From the IMG/VR virus record IMGVR_UViG_3300035670_000086, positions 1 to 64,000 of that record: a DNA stretch of 64,000 nucleotides. One strand, 5' to 3'. The translations under genes and the position numbers were made by a program. Below are positions 7,420-14,482 of the stretch, in pieces (positions within the stretch are counted from its first letter, which is position 1; the number at the start of each line of letters is the position of its first letter). This stretch comes from a virus. The notes below the pieces were generated by a model. It searched no databases. It was not told the origin of the DNA and saw only the letters and a program-made list of their open reading frames with translations.

Positions 7420-7832
7420 TGTACGGGCCAGAAGTATTCGATAGTTACTGCGTTTTCGGAGTCGATGCCCCAGTTAAACTGGGAGTAGTAATGAGGGTCT
7501 TTGCGAATCAGGTTAGCACGATGCGTATACCAGATACGCTGATCTTGCAGCCAAGGAGGTAGTACGAGGTTGGTTTCGTCACGCTTCTCCATGGTGTTAT
7601 TGTAGCCTCTACGAACCCACTCGTCAATACATACATTCATGTAATGAGCAAGGGCTGGAGCATATCCTTCCCACATCTTAAGTGCGGGATGACTGCGCCA
7701 GCCTTTGGTGGTCGTTCGATTAGTAAGAATATTGTGAAGTTGCATAGCCTCAACACGCTGCTTACCAAGACGGCGATAGTCTAGGCAGCGTGCGGACTCT
7801 ACAAAGTCAGCGTAGGGTAGGAAGGTCTGCAT
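7416..7832 (-). CDS. MSMEG_6728-family / pyrimidine-dimer DNA glycosylase (endonuclease V-like)
   Basis: MQTFLPYADF..SA..LD.RRLGKQRVEA.Q...GWRSHPALKMWEGY...PPWL...THRANLIRKDP..Y...YFWP. Confidence 0.85.
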   Translation of the reverse strand: MQTFLPYADFVESARCLDYRRLGKQRVEAMQLHNILTNRTTTKGWRSHPALKMWEGYAPALAHYMNVCIDEWVRRGYNNTMEKRDETNLVLPPWLQDQRIWYTHRANLIRKDPHYYSQFNWGIDSENAVTIEYFWPVQ

Positions 7833-7885
7833 GGTCGTGCATACTATAACCGACTACTGACACCAAGTCACGCTTTTTTTAAGTT
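7833..7885 (-). promoter_or_regulatory. early promoter cassette copy 9
   Basis: GTGACT 7866-7871, N17 ending CGGT, TATAGT 7843-7848, 10 nt to ATG. Confidence 0.75.
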
Positions 7886-7889
7886 ATTT

Positions 7890-8141
7890 TTAGAGGTTCT
7901 CGTCTAACAACTTAAGCACAGCCAACCAGTTCTCTTTAGTTTTAAAGTAAATCTCCATGGTTGTTGCTCCTCCCTTATCATTCATAAGATAGATGTCAAG
8001 GCCATACAAGTCTGTATCATCCTTGTAAGCATAATATCCTTTGAAATCTAACTGGTTGAATGTAAATGCTACATATCCGTCAATACATACTTTAATTCTA
8101 CCGTTGTAGATTTTGAATGAGTATTTATGTTTCTTCTGCAT
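7890..8141 (-). CDS. hypothetical protein
   Basis: 83-aa ORF directly downstream of the tRNA cluster. Confidence 0.65.
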   Translation of the reverse strand: MQKKHKYSFKIYNGRIKVCIDGYVAFTFNQLDFKGYYAYKDDTDLYGLDIYLMNDKGGATTMEIYFKTKENWLAVLKLLDENL

Positions 8142-8151
8142 AATATCTTTC

Positions 8152-8226
8152 TGGTGAGCCTAGATCGACTTGCACGATCCTTTACGGATTAAAAGTCCGT
8201 TATATCGCTATCTATATTTTAGGCCC
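8152..8226 (-). tRNA. tRNA-Lys(UUU), atypical D and T loops
   Basis: Acceptor GGGCCTA/TAGGCTC, anticodon arm ACGGA-CTTTTAA-TCCGT, encoded ACCA; T loop TGCAAGT. Confidence 0.75.
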
Positions 8227-8231
8227 GTGTA

Positions 8232-8305
8232 TGGAGTGAGTAAAGAGATTCGAACTCTTATCATTAGCTTGGAAGGCTAAGGTAATGCCTTTATACGATA
8301 CTCAC
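8232..8305 (-). tRNA. tRNA-Gly(UCC)
   Basis: GTGAGTA/TACTCAC stem, TTAGC-CTTCCAA-GCTAA, TTCGAAT, U73 and CCA. Confidence 0.9.
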
Positions 8306-8311
8306 AATGTT

Positions 8312-8388
8312 TGGTAACCCCACCCTGACTCGAACAGGGACTCGCAAATTTAGAAAATTTGTGCTTTATCCAGTTAAGCTATGGGGTC
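8312..8388 (-). tRNA. tRNA-Arg(UCU)
   Basis: TAGCTTAACTGGATAAAGC D arm, CAAAT-TTTCTAA-ATTTG, TTCGAGT, CCA. Confidence 0.9.
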
Positions 8389-8394
8389 GTGTAT

Positions 8395-8470
8395 TGGTAG
8401 CCTAGGTGAGACTCGAACTCACACTTGACAGATTTTAAGTCTGTTGACTCTGCCATTGGTCTACTAGGCC
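8395..8470 (-). tRNA. tRNA-Leu(UAA) with a short variable loop
   Basis: ACAGA-CTTAAAA-TCTGT, 5-nt variable loop, TTCGAGT, ACCA; 76 nt. Confidence 0.88.
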
Positions 8471-8485
8471 ATGTTGTGAAAGAAG

Positions 8486-8536
8486 TGGTAGGAAGTGAGT
8501 TCTGTCAGTCAGCCTTACGGTTTGACTCTTCCTACC
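8486..8536 (-). ncRNA. structured 51-nt element inside the tRNA operon, ending in ACCA
   Basis: 9-bp outer stem GGTAGGAAG/CTTCCTACC enclosing a GTAA-tetraloop hairpin. Confidence 0.35.
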
Positions 8537-8540
8537 TGAT

Positions 8541-8617
8541 TGGTGCGCTCGGATGGATTTGAACCATCGACCTTAGCTTTATAAGAACTCTGCTCTAACC
8601 AACTGAGCTACGAGCGC
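8541..8617 (-). tRNA. tRNA-Ile(UAU)
   Basis: GCGCTCG/CGAGCGC stem, TAGCTCAGTTGGTTAGAGC, loop CTTATAA, TTCAAAT, ACCA. Confidence 0.88.
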
Positions 8618-8629
8618 GTTTTCGGTCTA

Positions 8630-8642
8630 CCATAATAGCATG
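8630..8642 (-). promoter_or_regulatory. putative tRNA-operon promoter (extended -10 TGCTATTAT)
   Basis: CTATTAT about 14 nt upstream of tRNA-Ile, just downstream of a terminator. Confidence 0.5.
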
Positions 8643-8669
8643 ACCTTTGACTTTTTTTATGGTGACGAC

Positions 8670-8710
8670 AAAAAAAGACACCATTTTGTTACCGTCAACA
8701 AAATGGTATC
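8670..8710 (-). terminator. rho-independent terminator
   Basis: GATACCATTTTGTT-GACGGT-AACAAAATGGTGTC followed by T7. Confidence 0.8.
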
Positions 8711-8744
8711 CTTTGACTTTTAGCTTTGACTTTTGTATTGTGGT

Positions 8745-9014
8745 TTAACTTCTTCTTCTAGAAGCTCTAACATTCATCGCTGTCCACCCTTCTCCCGTTC
8801 TCTCAGCAGCAGTTCCTCCTCTTCCATGTCTAGCTGCTTGTGTTGCTACTGCTATGTCTGTTGGATCGTTGGGATTTGGTTTTGTTGGAGATAAAGCAAA
8901 TCCTCTTTCTGCATGGAACTTTCTTTTAGCTGCTTTGTTTGCAGCTTTTACTTTACCTTCATTTACTGAAAGTGATTCATAAATTAACTGCGCTATTCTT
9001 TCATAATGATTCAT
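8745..9014 (-). CDS. putative internal head protein (capsid-targeting-like leader)
   Basis: MNHYERIAQLIYE leader then K/R/A-rich body. Confidence 0.65.
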   Translation of the reverse strand: MNHYERIAQLIYESLSVNEGKVKAANKAAKRKFHAERGFALSPTKPNPNDPTDIAVATQAARHGRGGTAAERTGEGWTAMNVRASRRRS

Positions 9015-9016
9015 AA

Positions 9017-9214
9017 TTATTTATCTCCAAAATGCAATCTAGCATGACCTTCTATATCATAAGGCTCTCCTTCGTGAGGGTCAGGAGATCCTTTTCTATG
9101 AGGAAGTTTACCTTGTTTAGCTAACTTAGCTCTTAGTCTTTTTGCTAAGTTCTTATCTAAAGGCTTCTTTTTAGCTTCCAAAAGAAGATCATGTATTCTT
9201 TGATATGTGTTCAT
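9017..9214 (-). CDS. putative internal head protein (capsid-targeting-like leader)
   Basis: MNTYQRIHDLLLEA leader, near-identical to 51987..52265; basic body. Confidence 0.7.
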   Translation of the reverse strand: MNTYQRIHDLLLEAKKKPLDKNLAKRLRAKLAKQGKLPHRKGSPDPHEGEPYDIEGHARLHFGDK

Positions 9215-9419
9215 GTGGTTTCTCTAGGTGGTTTGACAAAGCTACCACCCTGTTTAAACATGAGGTTAGGCTTACCCTTTATCGCACCCAAACGAGCAGT
9301 CATTTTTCCATATCTTTTTTTTGTTTCAACTTAGCTCTATCTGCGGCTGCTGCTGATGCTGGATCAGCAGACCACTTCTCTTCACTTAAAAGATCATATA
9401 TTCTTTGGTAGGGGTTCAT
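9211..9419 (-). CDS. putative internal head protein split by a frameshift in an A8 tract (9300..9419 plus 9211..9303; not in ORF track)
   Basis: MNPYQRIYDLLSE leader; the -1 frame after A8 (9315-9322) continues RYGKMTARLG...PPRETT to an ATGA overlap with the next gene. Confidence 0.6.
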
Positions 9420-10780
9420 TCCTTGACTTCCTTAGATTTAAGTTTAAAATCAATAGCGTTAGTTATGATTGGGTTTCCATCAATCACATCTATCTTATAG
9501 TATTTACTCTTGTCAGGCACTTTCCCAGAAATAATTGTTTGAGCAATCTTCTTGGCTATGTTCTTACGGATAAACCTCTTTATATTTCTTGCTCCGTACT
9601 TCTCAGAATACCCATTATCCACAATATAGTCTAGGATATCCTTGTTCTTGGTTACAGGGAGGTTCTTTAATTCCAATGCTGCTATCTCCCGTACATTCTC
9701 CTTGGTTAGAGAATTAAAGATAATTATATCGTCTATACGGTTGATAAATTCAGGTTTAAAGTGACCCTCTATTGCATCAGTTATCTTGTATCTCTGCTCA
9801 TCGAAAGTCTTATTCTTCTGTGCAAAACCTATATCCTTGTCGCGTCGAATATCCTTCATGCCCAAGTTTGATGTGAAGATAAAGATCGACTTTTTGAAAT
9901 CACAAGTATGACCTTGTGAGTCCATGATTGTGCCCTCATCCATCAAGTTCATAAGGGCATCATACATTTTATCTGAAGTCTTTTCAATCTCGTCAAAGCA
10001 GATAACCCAGCGATTACCCTCCTTTGACTTTTCATACAAAAGACTCTTTTCATTTGATCCAATATATCCGGGGGGTGATCCTGTGAGGCTTGACTTTTCG
10101 TGCTTGTCACTTAAAGTACCACAGTCTACCTTGAAGAACTTATTCCCATATCTTTGAGCTAACAGTTTTGCAAGCTCTGTCTTGCCCACACCTGTAGGCC
10201 CAACGAACAAAAGAGCAGAGTGATCAGCCATGTTAGCAGTATGAAGCTCTAGAGTCTCCATGACCACATCAATGGCTTGATCCTGCCCTATGATCTTCTT
10301 CTTGAGGAATTTTCTTGTCTTATCTAGTTCAGTAGCCAAGATCCTACCAATCTCCATATTAGAATCAACTCCTGTAGGTGCGCTAGCTTCCTCCTCCAGC
10401 AAATCTAATTTATCAAAATCTAGTTCTGACTTTAGTGTGCTGACTCTAGCTCTTATGTGGTTTAGTAGATTTAGATTTAAGCAAACATTTTCTAACTTGT
10501 AATGTGGATATAACTCGACAACTGAGTTATACAATGAAGAGATAACTACAGGCTCCTCATCAGGGCTGAGAATAGCAAGCAAGTCCGCATAATCTACAAC
10601 GAACTCTGTTAGGAGTTTATGCTGATAAGATTTGATTGAAAATTGCTTGGTCTTCTTACTGATCCCTGTAGCTATCTTATTAAATAGCTCGGTGTCCTGA
10701 TCTGTGGTTAAACACTTGATGAAGACTACCTTACGGATAGGCTCTAGTACAATTCTGTAGTTGTCGATTCCTGATGTCAT
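9416..10780 (-). CDS. Clp/Hsp100 AAA+ ATPase (single D2-type AAA module)
   Basis: IIGQDQA, Walker A GPTGVGKT, GSPPGYIG pore loop, Walker B ICFDEIEK, IFTSNLG, FKPEFINRID, YGARNIKR. Confidence 0.9.
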   Translation of the reverse strand: MTSGIDNYRIVLEPIRKVVFIKCLTTDQDTELFNKIATGISKKTKQFSIKSYQHKLLTEFVVDYADLLAILSPDEEPVVISSLYNSVVELYPHYKLENVCLNLNLLNHIRARVSTLKSELDFDKLDLLEEEASAPTGVDSNMEIGRILATELDKTRKFLKKKIIGQDQAIDVVMETLELHTANMADHSALLFVGPTGVGKTELAKLLAQRYGNKFFKVDCGTLSDKHEKSSLTGSPPGYIGSNEKSLLYEKSKEGNRWVICFDEIEKTSDKMYDALMNLMDEGTIMDSQGHTCDFKKSIFIFTSNLGMKDIRRDKDIGFAQKNKTFDEQRYKITDAIEGHFKPEFINRIDDIIIFNSLTKENVREIAALELKNLPVTKNKDILDYIVDNGYSEKYGARNIKRFIRKNIAKKIAQTIISGKVPDKSKYYKIDVIDGNPIITNAIDFKLKSKEVKE

Positions 10781-11118
10781 CAGTCTTCCTCGAAAAAGTC
10801 TACTTCTTCCTTCTTTGACTCTCCAGTTCCATCCTTAACTGTAGCATTATGGATTTCGTACTTGACTAGTAGATCCATTAGCTTTGCTACAGAAACCTTA
10901 GATGACTGAGCTAACTTGAGTGACTCAACCATCAACTTTTGTGCGTTTGTTCTAAGTTGCATATCGAGAGCTTCATCATCGGCATCCCGCTTGAACTTAG
11001 TATAAGCATCTAGTGCAAGTTTACGGTCATCCGTAGAGTCTTGCATCAACTGCTTAACAACTTTGCGAATCCTGTTAGGTTCAACAGGAGACTTCTTTAG
11101 TTTATAGTTTGTTACCAT
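10780..11118 (-). CDS. hypothetical protein
   Basis: ORF with SD; TGATG coupling to the Clp gene. Confidence 0.75.
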   Translation of the reverse strand: MVTNYKLKKSPVEPNRIRKVVKQLMQDSTDDRKLALDAYTKFKRDADDEALDMQLRTNAQKLMVESLKLAQSSKVSVAKLMDLLVKYEIHNATVKDGTGESKKEEVDFFEED

Positions 11119-11248
11119 ATCTATCTCCCATATCTTCAGCCCATAACATAAGCTGATCTTCGTATACTTTCATGCTTACACCCATAAAGCTATCAAAGGT
11201 AGTTACTTTGAAATCTACGGGAGTGTTCCAGAATGGATTATTTAGCAT
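11102..11248 (-). CDS. small hypothetical protein
   Basis: ATG 11248 avoids a large overlap with 11238..11432. Confidence 0.55.
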   Translation of the reverse strand: MLNNPFWNTPVDFKVTTFDSFMGVSMKVYEDQLMLWAEDMGDRYGNKL

Positions 11249-11432
11249 TCTGATCGCGTCCAAATCGTTCAAAGTTGTCTGTAAGGAATTCTCCGATGTT
11301 GCGTTCGTTTCTGATTTCTTCATTTTGTTTGTGTCTTTTTATTTGGCGTTGTTTCTTACGAGCTTCAACTGCTTTCTTTTTGTTACGAAATTTAAAACTA
11401 TCCTCATTGTTGGTTCTGAATGTTCTGCCCAT
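11238..11432 (-). CDS. small basic hypothetical protein
   Basis: MGRTFR start with AGGA SD; K/R rich. Confidence 0.6.
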   Translation of the reverse strand: MGRTFRTNNEDSFKFRNKKKAVEARKKQRQIKRHKQNEEIRNERNIGEFLTDNFERFGRDQNAK

Positions 11433-11694
11433 CTAAATCTTCCTTTGCGAATTGTATCTTCTCTTCTGCCTCCTTTTGTTTATTCAGCCTCCGAGTTTGA
11501 CTGTTTTGTATGTCTCGTTTTACACGACGAGCTTCTAACCATACAAGCCAATTCAATCCAAGATCCAATTCCGTATTTGAATCATACCCAAATAGTTTAA
11601 GTATGACATTTCCTGCACGGGAAATCCAGTCCAGTATGTAATAGACTCCCCACTTGAATAAATTAGTTAGAGTTTTCATCTTCTCTGTCTTCAA
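11404..11694 (-). CDS. hypothetical protein
   Basis: ORF in operon. Confidence 0.65.
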   Translation of the reverse strand: MKTEKMKTLTNLFKWGVYYILDWISRAGNVILKLFGYDSNTELDLGLNWLVWLEARRVKRDIQNSQTRRLNKQKEAEEKIQFAKEDLDGQNIQNQQ

Positions 11695-11989
11695 AATCTA
11701 ATTCGATCCCATACTCTTTTATTTTATTGTGGATGACACCATCTCTTGGGAAATAGAATGCTACACACTCTTCTATGTGATCCCAGTAGATGTGACCTAG
11801 TTTAGAATCCGTCTCCGACATATCATAGACCAAGTTATATATTTTGCACATGATATCCCAGTCTTGATACTCTGGAACATTATGTTCAAATTTACTATCA
11901 CCATTAGGGCGATTCAAAAAGAATTGAAGCTGCCCCTGTGTGATGTATAACCCTGTTTCTTCTTCTATGAGTATTGGATCTCTAAACAT
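11663..11989 (-). CDS. hypothetical protein
   Basis: AGGAGG SD upstream. Confidence 0.75.
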   Translation of the reverse strand: MFRDPILIEEETGLYITQGQLQFFLNRPNGDSKFEHNVPEYQDWDIMCKIYNLVYDMSETDSKLGHIYWDHIEECVAFYFPRDGVIHNKIKEYGIELDFEDREDENSN

Positions 11990-12000
11990 TGTAACCTCCT

Positions 12001-12040
12001 AAAAAACGAAGGGGTCTAGATTTTAGCCTAGACCCCTTTC
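12001..12040 (-). terminator. rho-independent terminator
   Basis: AAGGGGTCTAG-GCTAAAAT-CTAGACCCCTT then CGTTTTTT. Confidence 0.85.
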
Positions 12041-12059
12041 AAAAGAGCGACTGATGGTA

Positions 12060-12320
12060 TCAGAGTGTTCCCGCTTGTTGACGAGCATTAAACGCTTGCT
12101 GACGACCTTCTTCAGTTTTTCCATACTGGATCATCTCTGCTTTGGTCATACGGAAGCGTTTGCCTGTCTTCTGGCGGTAATCCTCTACATCAGTATATAG
12201 CTGTGAGGACGATTGCATTTGAGTAGATTCTTGAGGCGACCCAAAAGCATTGTCGAAGGCTTGGTTAATCATAGTTTTTAGATCCTTTTCATTCATGGTT
12301 GTTAGCCGGATTTGGCTCAT
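12060..12320 (-). CDS. hypothetical protein
   Basis: ORF preceded by a TGCTATTAT -10 motif; true start may be 12296. Confidence 0.7.
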   Translation of the reverse strand: MSQIRLTTMNEKDLKTMINQAFDNAFGSPQESTQMQSSSQLYTDVEDYRQKTGKRFRMTKAEMIQYGKTEEGRQQAFNARQQAGTL

Positions 12321-12349
12321 TTATAATAGCATATTCCGGCTACTTAAAT

Positions 12350-13327
12350 TTAGTTATTTTCCAAGAAATCCTTAACTGCTTGCGAAGATTGGATATAAGA
12401 CATTAGCTTATCCTCTCCTTGGAACTTATTTCCTGTGGACTTTTCAGTATACCAACCACCATTCTTTTCAATCAAGCCACAGTCCAGCACCACCTGTTCT
12501 AGGCCACAGTACCGTGTAAGCCCTTGGTTGAAGTACAACTCAAACTCACACTCTTGGAATGGAGTTGTAACCTTGTTCTTGGTATTCTTAAGTTTGCCCT
12601 TGATGCCTAGCGGATTGTCCTTGCTATCACGGAGGACATCTGAAGTTTTATTTGAATGTGTGCGGATACATACACCACAATAGAACTCCAAAGACTTACC
12701 TCCACCAGAACGGGTTGTAGGATCCCCATACATGACCCCCGGCTTAGATCTTACTTGATTGATAACGATAAGTGCTACCTTGTTCTTACGCAAGATAGGA
12801 TTGATATGGCGCAAGCACTGACCAATCTCTTTGGCTCGTACAGCACCATCCATGTTATCAAACTCACCAATCTTCTTTTCTGCTTCTTTATCAGATTGGC
12901 CTGCCATAGAATCTAATCCAATGACAATAGGTGTGTCCTTATCGTGCTTACGGATTTCTTCAATTAGAATCTCCATACGGCTAAAGCACTCAGGTACAGT
13001 CTCTGGATCATCGTAGATTAGCTTCGCAGGATCTACACCCATTGACTTAGCGAAAGATGCATTGTATGAGAATTCATTGTCGTACATTGCAGTAAACCAA
13101 CCATTCTTCTGCGCTGATGCAAATGCGTGCGTCAAGAATAGAGTTTTACCCGTAGACGAGTCTCCCATAATCTCAGAGATATGACCAATAGGCCACCCTC
13201 CATTATACTTTCCAGATATGACTTTGTTCAAGGCATAGCTGCCACTATCAACATAGCCTAGATTAACTTCACGCTCAGACAGCAATCCTGCGCTGTTGAG
13301 CTTCTTGAGAATTTCCATTTGATTCAT
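12350..13327 (-). CDS. uvsX: RecA/UvsX recombinase
   Basis: Walker A GDSSTGKT, IGLDS, LIVINQVR, GGKSLEFY, KNKVTTPFQECEF. Confidence 0.95.
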   Translation of the reverse strand: MNQMEILKKLNSAGLLSEREVNLGYVDSGSYALNKVISGKYNGGWPIGHISEIMGDSSTGKTLFLTHAFASAQKNGWFTAMYDNEFSYNASFAKSMGVDPAKLIYDDPETVPECFSRMEILIEEIRKHDKDTPIVIGLDSMAGQSDKEAEKKIGEFDNMDGAVRAKEIGQCLRHINPILRKNKVALIVINQVRSKPGVMYGDPTTRSGGGKSLEFYCGVCIRTHSNKTSDVLRDSKDNPLGIKGKLKNTKNKVTTPFQECEFELYFNQGLTRYCGLEQVVLDCGLIEKNGGWYTEKSTGNKFQGEDKLMSYIQSSQAVKDFLENN

Positions 13328-13679
13328 AATTTATTCCTTGTGTATACACAAACTTCGTGATACCAAAACTCTTGAGTACCCTTTGACAATTAGCACAGGG
13401 TTTAGCAAGAAGTCCTCCTTCACGATAGATGTACGCTGTTGCACCCTCTACATCATAACCTTTTGAGAGTGCATCCTTCAATGCCTTTGTCTCTGCATGA
13501 TAGTACTGATGATATCCTACACCCATCTGGGGATCAGTACGATAAAGGTTGAATCCTCTACCAATGATCTTGCGCTTTTGTACAATCACACACCCTAACT
13601 TGTAGGGTGCATGAGACTTAAGACTTTCTTTCTTCGCAATACGAAGAAATCTGCACAGGGAATCTTGCATATCAGGCAT
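13275..13679 (-). CDS. zinc-dependent CMP/dCMP-type deaminase
   Basis: HAE...PCANC motif; LGCVIV...IIGRGFN. Confidence 0.85.
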   Translation of the reverse strand: MPDMQDSLCRFLRIAKKESLKSHAPYKLGCVIVQKRKIIGRGFNLYRTDPQMGVGYHQYYHAETKALKDALSKGYDVEGATAYIYREGGLLAKPCANCQRVLKSFGITKFVYTQGINYESNGNSQEAQQRRIAV

Positions 13680-14001
13680 TTTTATTTTTACGCATTTCAG
13701 CGAGACGCTTACCCTGTGCAACACGACCATCAGACGCTTCCATCTTAGCAATCATAGTATCATACTCTTGCTTGCTAGGAATGTGACCCTCAGGGGCTTC
13801 CGTCTTGTCAGACCCCGGCCTATAACGCCATAAGGGGCATACATAAGACTTACAGTTACGAGCATCTGATCGAGATCCGCCAAAGCAAGATGTACAAAAC
13901 ATCTCAATAGCAGCGGACCGACTACCTTCGTAGTCGGCCTTAAAACCATCCTTGGGGTTTTTGACTCTTACATCATTCTCTGTGCAGTTTCTCATCGTCA
14001 T
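13672..14001 (-). CDS. Cys-motif hypothetical protein
   Basis: AIEMFCTSC...C....CPLW.YR; CTATAAT upstream (likely start 13995). Confidence 0.7.
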   Translation of the reverse strand: MTMRNCTENDVRVKNPKDGFKADYEGSRSAAIEMFCTSCFGGSRSDARNCKSYVCPLWRYRPGSDKTEAPEGHIPSKQEYDTMIAKMEASDGRVAQGKRLAEMRKNKNA

Positions 14002-14029
14002 TCATTATAGAACTGACAGAGGTAAAAAT

Positions 14030-14350
14030 TCAACGGTTATCCCCAGACCCTTGGATTTTATTGCGACTCATCCTGTCCTGTAGCTTTATGATGTTGTCTG
14101 AAGCTACTGTAGTCATGTCTAAATCTAGATCTGAGCAGATAGCTGCAACATACCAAAGCACATCACCTAGCTCCGATCTAATCTTTTCTTTATCTTCAGG
14201 AGAAAAGAATCCCTGCGAATCCCTCATTACCTTCTTGACTTTTCCACAAACCTCTCCTGCTTCTGATGCTAGGCCAAGGGTGGGATAAAGGATTCGATCT
14301 CTGTAAATTGCAAACTTCTTAGCTTCTTGTTGGTATTGATTAAAGTCCAT
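14030..14350 (-). CDS. mazG: MazG-like nucleotide pyrophosphohydrolase
   Basis: YPTLGLASEAGEV...ELGDVLWY...N..KL.DR..R.KIQGSGDNR. Confidence 0.92.
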   Translation of the reverse strand: MDFNQYQQEAKKFAIYRDRILYPTLGLASEAGEVCGKVKKVMRDSQGFFSPEDKEKIRSELGDVLWYVAAICSDLDLDMTTVASDNIIKLQDRMSRNKIQGSGDNR

Positions 14351-14375
14351 GCCAACATGATAGTTCTATTAAAAT

Positions 14376-14416
14376 AAAAAAAGGTAGGAAGAGCGCACGA
14401 TCCCCCTCTTCCTACC
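14376..14416 (-). terminator. rho-independent terminator ending the glycosylation island
   Basis: GGTAGGAAGAG/CTCTTCCTACC stem followed by T7. Confidence 0.8.
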
Positions 14417-14482
14417 CTACCCTATTCAGGGTTGAACTATGACGGTCCCAAAAGTATATACTAATCTTTAAACGGTAAATTA

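Noticed and set aside
8486-8536. Hammerhead ribozyme
   Set aside because: CUGA is present but the CUGANGA and GAAA core with three stems is not.
14435-14448. AACTATGACGGTCC resembling the 23S rRNA helix 69/I-CeuI site
   Set aside because: Only about 14 nt with a mismatch, on the non-transcribed strand, no flanking rRNA similarity; likely chance.
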